From NCBI GenBank assembly GCA_944376605.1, contig CALWDE010000007.1, positions 23,759 through 87,758 of the forward strand: a stretch of 64,000 nt of DNA, given 5' to 3'. Position 1 is the first letter of the stretch, and each line of letters begins with the position of its first letter. The translations under genes and the position numbers were made by a program. Positions 18,626 to 26,920 of this stretch are shown here, piece after piece. Below the pieces are notes generated by a model that saw only the letters and a list, made by a program, of their open reading frames with translations, was not told the origin of the DNA and searched no databases. The DNA is from an uncultured Bacilli bacterium (GTDB lineage: Bacteria > Bacillota_I > Bacilli_A > RFN20 > CAG-826).

Positions 18626-20312
18626 CTTGTTTGCCTCCTTCCTTTAAAGAGTTCCGAATACGGGTTGCAACAATTGAGGGCATCTTTGCTTCCGGTGCTC
18701 TCTCGTCCAAAAGCCAAGTGGCTGCATAATGCGTATCAGTTAACTGGAACATTGGGGGTTCTTCTTTGAAATCAATACCTAAAGCATACTTACTACGTAA
18801 TGCAAAAGCGTCCCCTTTAGGCGGGAAAAGCATGTTAGGCGGAGTGCCAGGAATCGCTTCTAATCTTTCCTTCGAATCGATATCAGGAATGGAAGAGAGA
18901 AGCGCCCAGGTATATGGATGAGCAGGATGATAGAAGACATCTTCTGCAGTTCCATATTCCACAATCTTTCCAGCGTACATAACCGCAACGCGGTCAGCCA
19001 TATTCGCAACAACACCTAAATCGTGTGTAATGAAAATAACCGACATATGTCTAGCATCTTTTAAGCGGTTAATTAACTCTAAGATTTGCGCTTGAATGGT
19101 AACGTCTAAAGCAGTTGTAGGTTCGTCACAAATTAAGATCTCGGGATCCGCGGTTAAAGCAATTGCAATAACAATTCTCTGTCTCATACCGCCAGAGAAT
19201 TCAAATGGATATTGATTGAAACGACGTTCTGGATCAGCAATACCAACTTCAGCCATAACCTTCAAAGCACGGCGTTTGGCATCTTTATGCGTCACACGGA
19301 GCTCAGAGATATAGCGACGTCTTTCAGAAATGAAATCTCCGTAAAGAGTGCCTAAAGTTTCTTTAGAAGCATATTTCTTTTGCAATTCGCGCTTCTTTTC
19401 TTTGAATTCATTTTCTTTTGCAGCAGTTTTTCCTTCTTTTGCAAAAATCTCTGCATATTCGGCTTTTAATTTTTCAATTGCAGCTTTTCTTGCTGGATTA
19501 TAAATGCTAGCCCAAGCCGAGTTGATTTCTTCTTCACCAGCTTTTGGCAAAGTAAAGAAGAACTGTTTTGCACGAGATAAAAGAAGCTTTTCTTTTTGAT
19601 GATGCTCTTTCGCAACATCTTTTTTGAACTTTCTTGCAGCAAAGAAAGCTTCTTTCTTTTTCATGCGGAGAGTTTTCTTATCTTCTTCACATTTATGGTA
19701 AAGTTCCGCTCTTTTTTGCAAATATTTTTCTTTTAAAGCGTCTTTATCTTCTTTGGATAAAGACTTATCTTTTTTGGCAGAAACATATTCTTCTTTGGCA
19801 AGAGAGAGAAGGCGAAGATCGTTCTTATACGCAATTAAAGCGTCATCAGTAATCGCGCTTTTAATTCTCTTTACCTTATTCCCATTAATAATCATGACTT
19901 CGGTAATTTGCTTACCAATTTTCATGATAGGGTTTAAAGAAGAGAGGGGGTCTTGGAAGACCATTCCAATTTTTGTACCGCGAATACGGTGAAACTCTTC
20001 TTCGGAGATTTTGGTTAAATCTTCCCCTTGGTAAATGATATGACCAGAGTCAATGTGCGCGGATGCGCCTAAAATGCCCATAATCGTTTTGGAGGTAACC
20101 GATTTTCCAGAACCAGATTCCCCAACAATACAAAGGGTTTCTCCTTTATATAGGTCAAAGGAAACTCCTCTTACGGCATGAACTTTTCCTTCGTCCGTGC
20201 GGAAAGATACCTCTAAATTACGAACGGATAAAACGGTCTGTTTCCCTTCTGGAGTAACACCGACCGTGTTTGGATAATCAATCTTTCCGATTGGTTTTAC
20301 TTTCTTTTCCAT
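18618..20312 (-). CDS. oppD: oligopeptide ABC transporter ATP-binding protein OppD, with a ~230-aa K/E-rich insertion
   Basis: Walker A GESGSGKS. Signature FSGGMRQRIVIAIAL. Walker B ICDEPTTALD. A long charged insertion lies between them. Confidence 0.85.
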   Translation of the reverse strand: MEKKVKPIGKIDYPNTVGVTPEGKQTVLSVRNLEVSFRTDEGKVHAVRGVSFDLYKGETLCIVGESGSGKSVTSKTIMGILGASAHIDSGHIIYQGEDLTKISEEEFHRIRGTKIGMVFQDPLSSLNPIMKIGKQITEVMIINGNKVKRIKSAITDDALIAYKNDLRLLSLAKEEYVSAKKDKSLSKEDKDALKEKYLQKRAELYHKCEEDKKTLRMKKKEAFFAARKFKKDVAKEHHQKEKLLLSRAKQFFFTLPKAGEEEINSAWASIYNPARKAAIEKLKAEYAEIFAKEGKTAAKENEFKEKKRELQKKYASKETLGTLYGDFISERRRYISELRVTHKDAKRRALKVMAEVGIADPERRFNQYPFEFSGGMRQRIVIAIALTADPEILICDEPTTALDVTIQAQILELINRLKDARHMSVIFITHDLGVVANMADRVAVMYAGKIVEYGTAEDVFYHPAHPYTWALLSSIPDIDSKERLEAIPGTPPNMLFPPKGDAFALRSKYALGIDFKEEPPMFQLTDTHYAATWLLDERAPEAKMPSIVATRIRNSLKEGGKQDE

Positions 20313-20313
20313 A

Positions 20314-22326
20314 TCAGTCTTGCGCTCCTTTCATAGAAGGGTTAAAGGCATCACGTAAGCCGTTTCCAAAGAGGTTAAAACATATCATGATAATGGCCAT
20401 AATCACCGAGCCAGAAATAATCATGTATGGATAGGTGTTAATGTAGGCCTGCGCGGTAGATAAGGTAACACCAAAACTTTGGGAACTACCAAAGTTAATA
20501 ACGCCAGGTAATAAATATGAAATCGTCGCTTCTGAGAAGATAACAGAAGGAATCATAAGAACACCAGAGGTTACCATCATACCAACACCGTTAGGAAGAA
20601 TATGACGGAAGATAAGTCTAGCATCCGAAGCACCTAAAGTACGCGATGCTAAAACGTATTCTCTGCCCTTAAAGCGGTAGAACTGACTACGCGTTGTTGC
20701 GGACATCCCTATCCAGCCTGTTAAACACAAAGCTAACAGCAACGTCCAGAAACTTGATCCTAGCAGCAAGACAATTAAGGTCATTAAAACAATGAAAGGC
20801 ATACCGCCCAAAATCTCGGTCATTCTTTCCATTAATAAGTCGACCCAGCCACCAAAATAACCTGATATAGCGCCCCAAACAATACCAATAGTGATATTGA
20901 TGATAGAGGTTAAAACACCAAGTCCAAGCGAGAAAAGTAAACCGGAGAAAAGAATCTTAAAGAAATCTTGTCCATATTCTGTCGTTCCAAAAAGGAAGCA
21001 AATATTCGGACTATTTGTGGAAATATAGCCTTCATCATACATGTAACGATAACGGCTTCTTACCCCAGTTAATGACCAGCTTTCAATGTCTTGGAAACGT
21101 TCATGTACTTCGCCTGTTACTTCGCGAATAGGACAATATTCTTTTCCAAGTTCCGTTAAGGCAAACTCCCCTACAGTTCCAGCCTTATGGTTCCATGTAT
21201 AGGTCATATAACCTTTAGCGATATAAGAGTTAATTAACTGCTCACTAAAGGTGAAAGTATCATCGCGGAAAGCGGCAGCGTAATAGTCATAACGGAAACT
21301 GCCTACAAGAAGCTCTGTATCTTCTAACGAATTTTGGCAGCTGCCTTGTCTTGTCCAAGCAGTGCCCTCTCTCCCAGCAAGAAAAGCCGTACTATCCGAC
21401 CAAGAAACAGAAGTGTTCACCGTGCCGTTAACAGAATATTGGAAGTCTTTCACATAAGTGGTGGCAAGTCTTCCTTCTGGCGCGATTACTTCAAAGCCAA
21501 AGCATCCTTGCACCGCTGTAACAGAAGAATCATTAATTTGTTCGTTGATAAGAGAGGTAACATCAAGCGTGTAGTTATCTTCTAAATCAGTGGTTAAAGG
21601 CACAAGTTCATAAGTAGGAACGTAACTTCCTTCTTCCGAAATATAGAAGAAGACACCTACCTGCGGAGTGCCGCCCTTACTAGGATCTTCCGTATAGGCG
21701 CTTTGCATGTTGAACTCAATTACGTTTTCTGCAGTTAAATCTAAATTGATATAAGGGCTAAGGTAATGAGCAGTACCGCCATTCGTGGTTACACGGATTG
21801 TGACATAACCATTTGCCCCATATGCAAGATTAGAAGAGGTAGAGCCATCTGTAATCATCGTAGACTCTTCAATCTCGCCCATAATCCCTTCTTCGACGTA
21901 TTGCGCCTGTCCAGAATCGACAGAAGCAGCAGGAAGATGGGTATTTGGATCTAATTGAGCGTTGGTGATATATCCTGTTCCGTCTAAAAATCCACCCGCA
22001 TCAATATCCCAGAATTTGGGAGGTAAATACTGCAAAACTCTATTTTCTCTTTGGATATCGTTACCATCTGCGACAGGAACAATAATCGCCATTAAGACGA
22101 TTACACCTAAAATTGCTGCAGCAGTGACTGAGCTCTTCGACTTTAAAAATCTCTTTAAAGCATCTTTAAAATAGGTTGTGGGTTTGGTTTTAAACTTCAC
22201 ATCGTGAATTGATTTATCAAGTTGAACGAACTCAAAGTCTTGTTCCTGCTTAAACTGGAAGGTTTCTTCATTAGAAGTTTCTTCTGCAGGAACTTCTGGA
22301 GCTTTTTTCTTCTTAAAAAGTGCCAT
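20314..22326 (-). CDS. oppC: oligopeptide ABC transporter permease OppC with a ~400-aa N-terminal extracytoplasmic extension
   Basis: C-terminal BPD_transp_1 permease region (EAA-like loop). I place the start at MALFKKKK (ATG 22324-22326) because it is preceded by a GGGGGAGG RBS. The longer track ORF from 22371 runs through the oppB 3' end. Confidence 0.75.
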   Translation of the reverse strand: MALFKKKKAPEVPAEETSNEETFQFKQEQDFEFVQLDKSIHDVKFKTKPTTYFKDALKRFLKSKSSVTAAAILGVIVLMAIIVPVADGNDIQRENRVLQYLPPKFWDIDAGGFLDGTGYITNAQLDPNTHLPAASVDSGQAQYVEEGIMGEIEESTMITDGSTSSNLAYGANGYVTIRVTTNGGTAHYLSPYINLDLTAENVIEFNMQSAYTEDPSKGGTPQVGVFFYISEEGSYVPTYELVPLTTDLEDNYTLDVTSLINEQINDSSVTAVQGCFGFEVIAPEGRLATTYVKDFQYSVNGTVNTSVSWSDSTAFLAGREGTAWTRQGSCQNSLEDTELLVGSFRYDYYAAAFRDDTFTFSEQLINSYIAKGYMTYTWNHKAGTVGEFALTELGKEYCPIREVTGEVHERFQDIESWSLTGVRSRYRYMYDEGYISTNSPNICFLFGTTEYGQDFFKILFSGLLFSLGLGVLTSIINITIGIVWGAISGYFGGWVDLLMERMTEILGGMPFIVLMTLIVLLLGSSFWTLLLALCLTGWIGMSATTRSQFYRFKGREYVLASRTLGASDARLIFRHILPNGVGMMVTSGVLMIPSVIFSEATISYLLPGVINFGSSQSFGVTLSTAQAYINTYPYMIISGSVIMAIIMICFNLFGNGLRDAFNPSMKGAQD

Positions 22327-22327
22327 A

Positions 22328-23386
22328 TTACTTCGCCTCCCCCATACGGATACGTGGGTCAACCACGCCATAGCTTAAGTCGACAATTAATGTCGCAAAT
22401 AAGCCAATTAAGGTGTAGACCGCCATATCAACCATAACGACGGAGAAATCGCGGCGGTTAATTCCTTCGACAAACATATTGCCGATACCAGGAATGTTGT
22501 AGAGTTCCTCTAAAATCATCGAACCAGAAAGAATCGAAATAAACTGGCTGATAATCATAGGAACAATAGGTACCATAGAATTTCTTAAAGCGTGACGAAC
22601 AACAGATTGTCCTTTGGTTAAACCTTTTGTTCTAGCAAGAAGTAAGAATTCGCTAGACATTACTTCACAAAGTTCTGCTCTGGTATAACGAGCAAAGCCA
22701 GCAATAGACCCAAACGATAAAGCGCAAACAGGAATGATATAAGCCAAAGCAGCTCTTGTAGGATCTGCTAATGCTTCCGAATTTGTTGGCCACTGAGAGG
22801 GCAACCACCCAAGGCCATAAGAGAACCAAATTAACAAGAAGGAGATGACAACGAAAGAAGGAACAGAAATGAAAATCATGATGACTGTGGAAATAAAATC
22901 ATCAGTAAATTTCCCCTTCTTCAAGGCAGCAACAATTCCTAAAAGAATTCCTAAAGGTGTAGAAATCGCGACAGAAATTAAGTTAAGTTCCATCGAAACG
23001 GGAAGGCGTTCCATAATAATCTGCATGGCAGAAATGGTTGGCTCAATTTGCGTAGAAACACCCCAGTCCCACTTGGTAAAGATGTTGAAAATCCACATGC
23101 CATAACGTTCAATGATGGAGTAATAGACATAAGCATAACGATTGCCTACATCATCATAGAAGTCAGTTGTAGGAATAATTTGTCCTGTTTCAATCAGGTT
23201 ATATTTTTCTACCGGAACCTTCCAGCAGTACCCTAAAGAAACCTGTTGATCCCAGAAAGCAATCTTATTGCTTAGAGATTGCGGTTCGTTTACAGGGAGG
23301 CATTGCAAAAGCATATAAGTAATAGAGAGAACAATAAACGCCGTAAGGCATATTAATAAAATTCTCTTAACAACATATTTCCACAT
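22328..23386 (-). CDS. oppB: oligopeptide ABC transporter permease OppB
   Basis: Six-TM ABC permease with EAA motif region (ARTKGLTKGQSVVRHALRNS). Confidence 0.85.
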   Translation of the reverse strand: MWKYVVKRILLICLTAFIVLSITYMLLQCLPVNEPQSLSNKIAFWDQQVSLGYCWKVPVEKYNLIETGQIIPTTDFYDDVGNRYAYVYYSIIERYGMWIFNIFTKWDWGVSTQIEPTISAMQIIMERLPVSMELNLISVAISTPLGILLGIVAALKKGKFTDDFISTVIMIFISVPSFVVISFLLIWFSYGLGWLPSQWPTNSEALADPTRAALAYIIPVCALSFGSIAGFARYTRAELCEVMSSEFLLLARTKGLTKGQSVVRHALRNSMVPIVPMIISQFISILSGSMILEELYNIPGIGNMFVEGINRRDFSVVMVDMAVYTLIGLFATLIVDLSYGVVDPRIRMGEAK

Positions 23387-23469
23387 TCTTTGGAATACCT
23401 CCTAAAGGAACTCGGCATCTCATTTTCTCACCCTCTAAAGCGAAAAAGAAGAGCAAGAAATTAAGATGC

Positions 23470-23504
23470 ATAAAACGGTAATAAGGGGCGGGAAAACCCG
23501 CCCC
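23470..23504 (-). terminator. intra-operon stem-loop/attenuator between oppA and oppB
   Basis: Perfect GGGGCGGG-aaaa-CCCGCCCC hairpin (23485-23504), followed on the minus strand by a U-rich tract UUAUUACCGUUUUAU. Confidence 0.5.
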
Positions 23505-23535
23505 AAAAGAAGCAATTTGAATTTAGGCTGTTTCT

Positions 23536-26238
23536 TTACTGAGCTGTGACAGGAGACGAAACACCTAAATCGGTTAAGGACATGGTTTGTGTGACAGCAA
23601 GAGCACGTTCGACACTACCATATTCGCAGCTGAAGGAAACAATGATACGAACTCCATCAAAGGAAGTTAATGTTTCTTGGCTGCTGAATAAGCCTTGAAG
23701 AAGCTCCGTAATGACATTGGTTTGAATTCTAAACTCAATGGTTGTGCTAAGCACTTCCGCAGAAATGGTTGCACCAGGAGTGTCTCCTTCAAAGTTGACA
23801 GGAATGGTGTAAGAGTACATACCCATCGAATTACCATTCATACCGATGAAATATAAGTAGTTAATACCAGTGTAATGGATTAAATCTAAACCATCTTCGT
23901 CGGTAAGACCGGGTGTATTCATATACCAGACAGATTCATTGCCATCTGTGCCAGCAGCTTCCCCAACTGTAACTGGGTCAACGTTCACACCATTTTGCAA
24001 AATAGCAGCACCGTTTACAGCGACATATAGGCCATCATAGCTCCAAGTCATTCCGTCGAATTCAATTGGATGAGAATCGGAAACTAAGTCGGTTCTTTCA
24101 CCCCAGTTGGTGTTGAAGCCTTGCGAACGGCTATTGGTGCAGATAACGGACATGAACTCTAAGGGGTTGAGGACGTTACCAGAAATAGCACCTTCTGCAA
24201 AGTCGAATTCACCATTCTGCATTCTGGTGTAAGTAGCGTTGTAGTCACCAACCGCACCAACTTCGTTCTTGATGGTGAGTCTAATATCGTTGCTGGTAGC
24301 AGTAGGAGTATTGTTGAAGACATTTTCAATGTAACCCTTTAAGCTATTACCAATCGAATCGATGGTGCTTTGATAACGCCAAACAGCAGTTAAGGTAATA
24401 CGGGCACCTGCTTCATAATCTCCATTTGCAAGGAGAGTTTGTAAAGCACGGTCGAAGAGGCTAGAAGCAAGCGATGGGCTATAACCATAATCGTTATCAA
24501 CGCCAGAAGTGTAGCTATCAATAACAGCTTGTCCAGCTGGGGTATCGCGGTAAGAATAATCGGTTTCAGGATCAATCATGTAAGCTTCCGAAAGAATACC
24601 AAGAGCAGGATTTCTTCCTAACGCATTCGCCATTTCTTGACGGTTAATTGCAAGATAGACGCCATTGAGGAAGTCTTCATTGCTCATAATGGGCTTCACA
24701 TCCCAATAATTTTCTCTCGTGTGCTGAGACATGGTGCCATTGACACCGTGGTAGTATTCCCATTCTTCTTCCGTACAAGCATTGACATTAAGTTTAATGG
24801 TTGTAGTGCCTTCGGTGCGGTGCGCCATAGTGGCATATTCGCCGCTACCGGTAGCAGTTTGAATGTGGGTACTAGGAGGAACCATGTCATCAAGTCTTCC
24901 TGCGACCCATTCTTGCCATGCAGCTTCATCGTTTTGGAATACTCTTTCACGATAACCAGCAAAATGGATTTCATTTGTACGGTTATAAAGATCGTTTTTG
25001 GTGTAGATGGTTTCTTCTCTTACATCCCAAGTGTCCACAATATAAGGACCGGTAGAAAGTAAATAGTTAATTCCGCCACCAGAGGTACCAAAGCGTTCCG
25101 CGCCAATACTTACATAAGATTGGATGGTGTTGTATTTTGTTAAATCACTCTCACTTGTTGGACGTTCAGCATAATAGGTATATCCACCTGCAGGACCTCC
25201 GCCAATATCGTAAAGATACTCTTCTGGAACTGGCGAATAGAGAGAGCTAGAGAGGTTATACATCGCATAGAACTGAGATTGAGGAGTAATGAAGCGGAAG
25301 TCAATCGAACCTTCTTCTTCATTAATTTGAATACCAACATCATCCCAGCTACGGGTATTTGCGTTGCCATATAAATAGTCATAGGTGCCATAGAAACCGG
25401 AAGAATCCTGGGTCATTTCAGAAGCACGCATTAAGTTGTTATTTAATAAGGCTTTATATGGGGTGAGATAGTCTTCTAAACGAATCTCACGGTTATGATA
25501 TTTGCTGTAATAGCTAGAGCTTTCCGAAATGTTATAACGGAAAGTACGTCCGGTATCTGCCTCATCAGCGGCAGTATAAAGATGAACACGCCAATAAAGG
25601 CTTGTCATACCTTCTGTATGCTCAATTTCGTTGCCATTTTCATCAAGAGGAACAGGACGTAAATCTTTAGAAAGATCATTTCTCCAATAATAACCACTAC
25701 GGTCTCCATTCATGGTAACGCTGAAATAAGAAGCGCTAATCATGCCGTGTTTTCCCGTAACGTCTTCCCCTTGGCTGTTCCAGAAATTGAAAGTACCAGA
25801 GTCTTCAGTTGCATAAGATTGATAATAATTTGCAGTAGAAGAAGGTACTCCGTTTTCTGCTGCAGTACGGCCATTGGCCATTGTGCCATTTGGATCTAAG
25901 GTTGCTTCACCAGCACCGAATCCATAGTTAGGAATATATTCGTCGCTAGGTAAATCAATACGAGGACTGAAAAGTTGATAGCCAGAATCATCGTAAATTG
26001 GGATGCCACCTAACTTCGTATCCAAAGCATATTGCTCAAGAGCAGCCAGAGCTTCGCTGCGAGTTTCAACATCTGCCTCGAGATAGTCTTGAATACCAGA
26101 AGCATAAGGCAAGGCAGGACCACTGCTACCACTCGAACTGGAACCACCACTGGAGGTTGTTGTTTCCCCTCCTCCACCACAAGCGGCTAAACCAAGAACG
26201 GCAGCAACGATTCCAGCTGCAAGAACTGTCTTTTTCAT
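23536..26238 (-). CDS. oppA: oligopeptide-binding lipoprotein OppA (900 aa, family 5 SBP, large Mollicutes-type)
   Basis: Lipobox LAACGGG plus S/G-rich linker. First gene of the opp operon. AAGGAGA RBS. Confidence 0.7.
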   Translation of the reverse strand: MKKTVLAAGIVAAVLGLAACGGGGETTTSSGGSSSSGSSGPALPYASGIQDYLEADVETRSEALAALEQYALDTKLGGIPIYDDSGYQLFSPRIDLPSDEYIPNYGFGAGEATLDPNGTMANGRTAAENGVPSSTANYYQSYATEDSGTFNFWNSQGEDVTGKHGMISASYFSVTMNGDRSGYYWRNDLSKDLRPVPLDENGNEIEHTEGMTSLYWRVHLYTAADEADTGRTFRYNISESSSYYSKYHNREIRLEDYLTPYKALLNNNLMRASEMTQDSSGFYGTYDYLYGNANTRSWDDVGIQINEEEGSIDFRFITPQSQFYAMYNLSSSLYSPVPEEYLYDIGGGPAGGYTYYAERPTSESDLTKYNTIQSYVSIGAERFGTSGGGINYLLSTGPYIVDTWDVREETIYTKNDLYNRTNEIHFAGYRERVFQNDEAAWQEWVAGRLDDMVPPSTHIQTATGSGEYATMAHRTEGTTTIKLNVNACTEEEWEYYHGVNGTMSQHTRENYWDVKPIMSNEDFLNGVYLAINRQEMANALGRNPALGILSEAYMIDPETDYSYRDTPAGQAVIDSYTSGVDNDYGYSPSLASSLFDRALQTLLANGDYEAGARITLTAVWRYQSTIDSIGNSLKGYIENVFNNTPTATSNDIRLTIKNEVGAVGDYNATYTRMQNGEFDFAEGAISGNVLNPLEFMSVICTNSRSQGFNTNWGERTDLVSDSHPIEFDGMTWSYDGLYVAVNGAAILQNGVNVDPVTVGEAAGTDGNESVWYMNTPGLTDEDGLDLIHYTGINYLYFIGMNGNSMGMYSYTIPVNFEGDTPGATISAEVLSTTIEFRIQTNVITELLQGLFSSQETLTSFDGVRIIVSFSCEYGSVERALAVTQTMSLTDLGVSSPVTAQ

Positions 26239-26284
26239 TGCTTAATTCTCCTTTCTTATCAAAAAGCGGGAAATCCCGCGCCGT

Positions 26285-26313
26285 AAATATGCCTTCCGTA
26301 AGAAATATGTCAA
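26285..26313 (-). promoter_or_regulatory. candidate sigma-A promoter of the opp operon (TTGACA-17-ATATTT)
   Basis: -35 TTGACA is the complement of 26308-26313 and -10 is the complement of 26285-26290. A GCGGGA-ttt-TCCCGC hairpin follows in the 5' UTR. Confidence 0.3.
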
Positions 26314-26381
26314 TAAATAGTTTCCGTTCATCCCATTAGTTAACCTATTTTTCTTGAATAAACGACAAACTTTTTAAAAAA

Positions 26382-26795
26382 TCAAAGAAAAGCGAAAAGT
26401 ATCGCGAAAAGGAGAGAAACTCCTCCTATTACAAAATAGGATAAATAAAAGGGAACGTGCTTTTTCCGCTGCTCCGCTTTCGCTTGCTTATATTCATAAG
26501 CGCTGTCGTAGCGTTTTTCCATTCCTTTTCGATAAGATTCAAAAAGGCGGTAGAAGCCATAACGAAGAACATCAAAAACTCCCTGTCTTCCAATCCATAA
26601 TAATAAGGAAAAGCCAACTAAGATAACTCCAGGAATTAAAAAGGAATCGGAGTAAAGATTATAGTCGTAATACCAAAGCCCTTTTCTTGGTAATCCCATA
26701 GCAAGATAACAAATAAGAAAAAGGACAAGGAAGATGCCTCCTGCTATAAGCCAATGAATCAAAATTTGTTTTTTCCTTGGATCCATGGGGGGCAT
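26382..26795 (-). CDS. small membrane protein (3 TM), hypothetical
   Basis: Hydrophobic helices. Lys/Arg-rich loop. Confidence 0.45.
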   Translation of the reverse strand: MPPMDPRKKQILIHWLIAGGIFLVLFLICYLAMGLPRKGLWYYDYNLYSDSFLIPGVILVGFSLLLWIGRQGVFDVLRYGFYRLFESYRKGMEKRYDSAYEYKQAKAEQRKKHVPFYLSYFVIGGVSLLFAILFAFL

Positions 26796-26920
26796 TATGC
26801 CATGAAAAAGACAAAATACACTTTTTTCCTGGGGCTAAGTTGAGTTTATCCTTGAAAGTATCCTTCTTCGATGTATCCTCAAGCCCGTCTTTATGACAGA
26901 AAGGAGTTTTTCTTACGCTT

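Noticed and set aside
22328-22371. Track start of oppC at 22371, overlapping oppB by 44 nt
   Set aside because: An internal ATG at 22324-22326 has a GGGGGAGG RBS and gives the canonical 1-nt stop/start spacing. The extension is read-through of the oppB 3' region.
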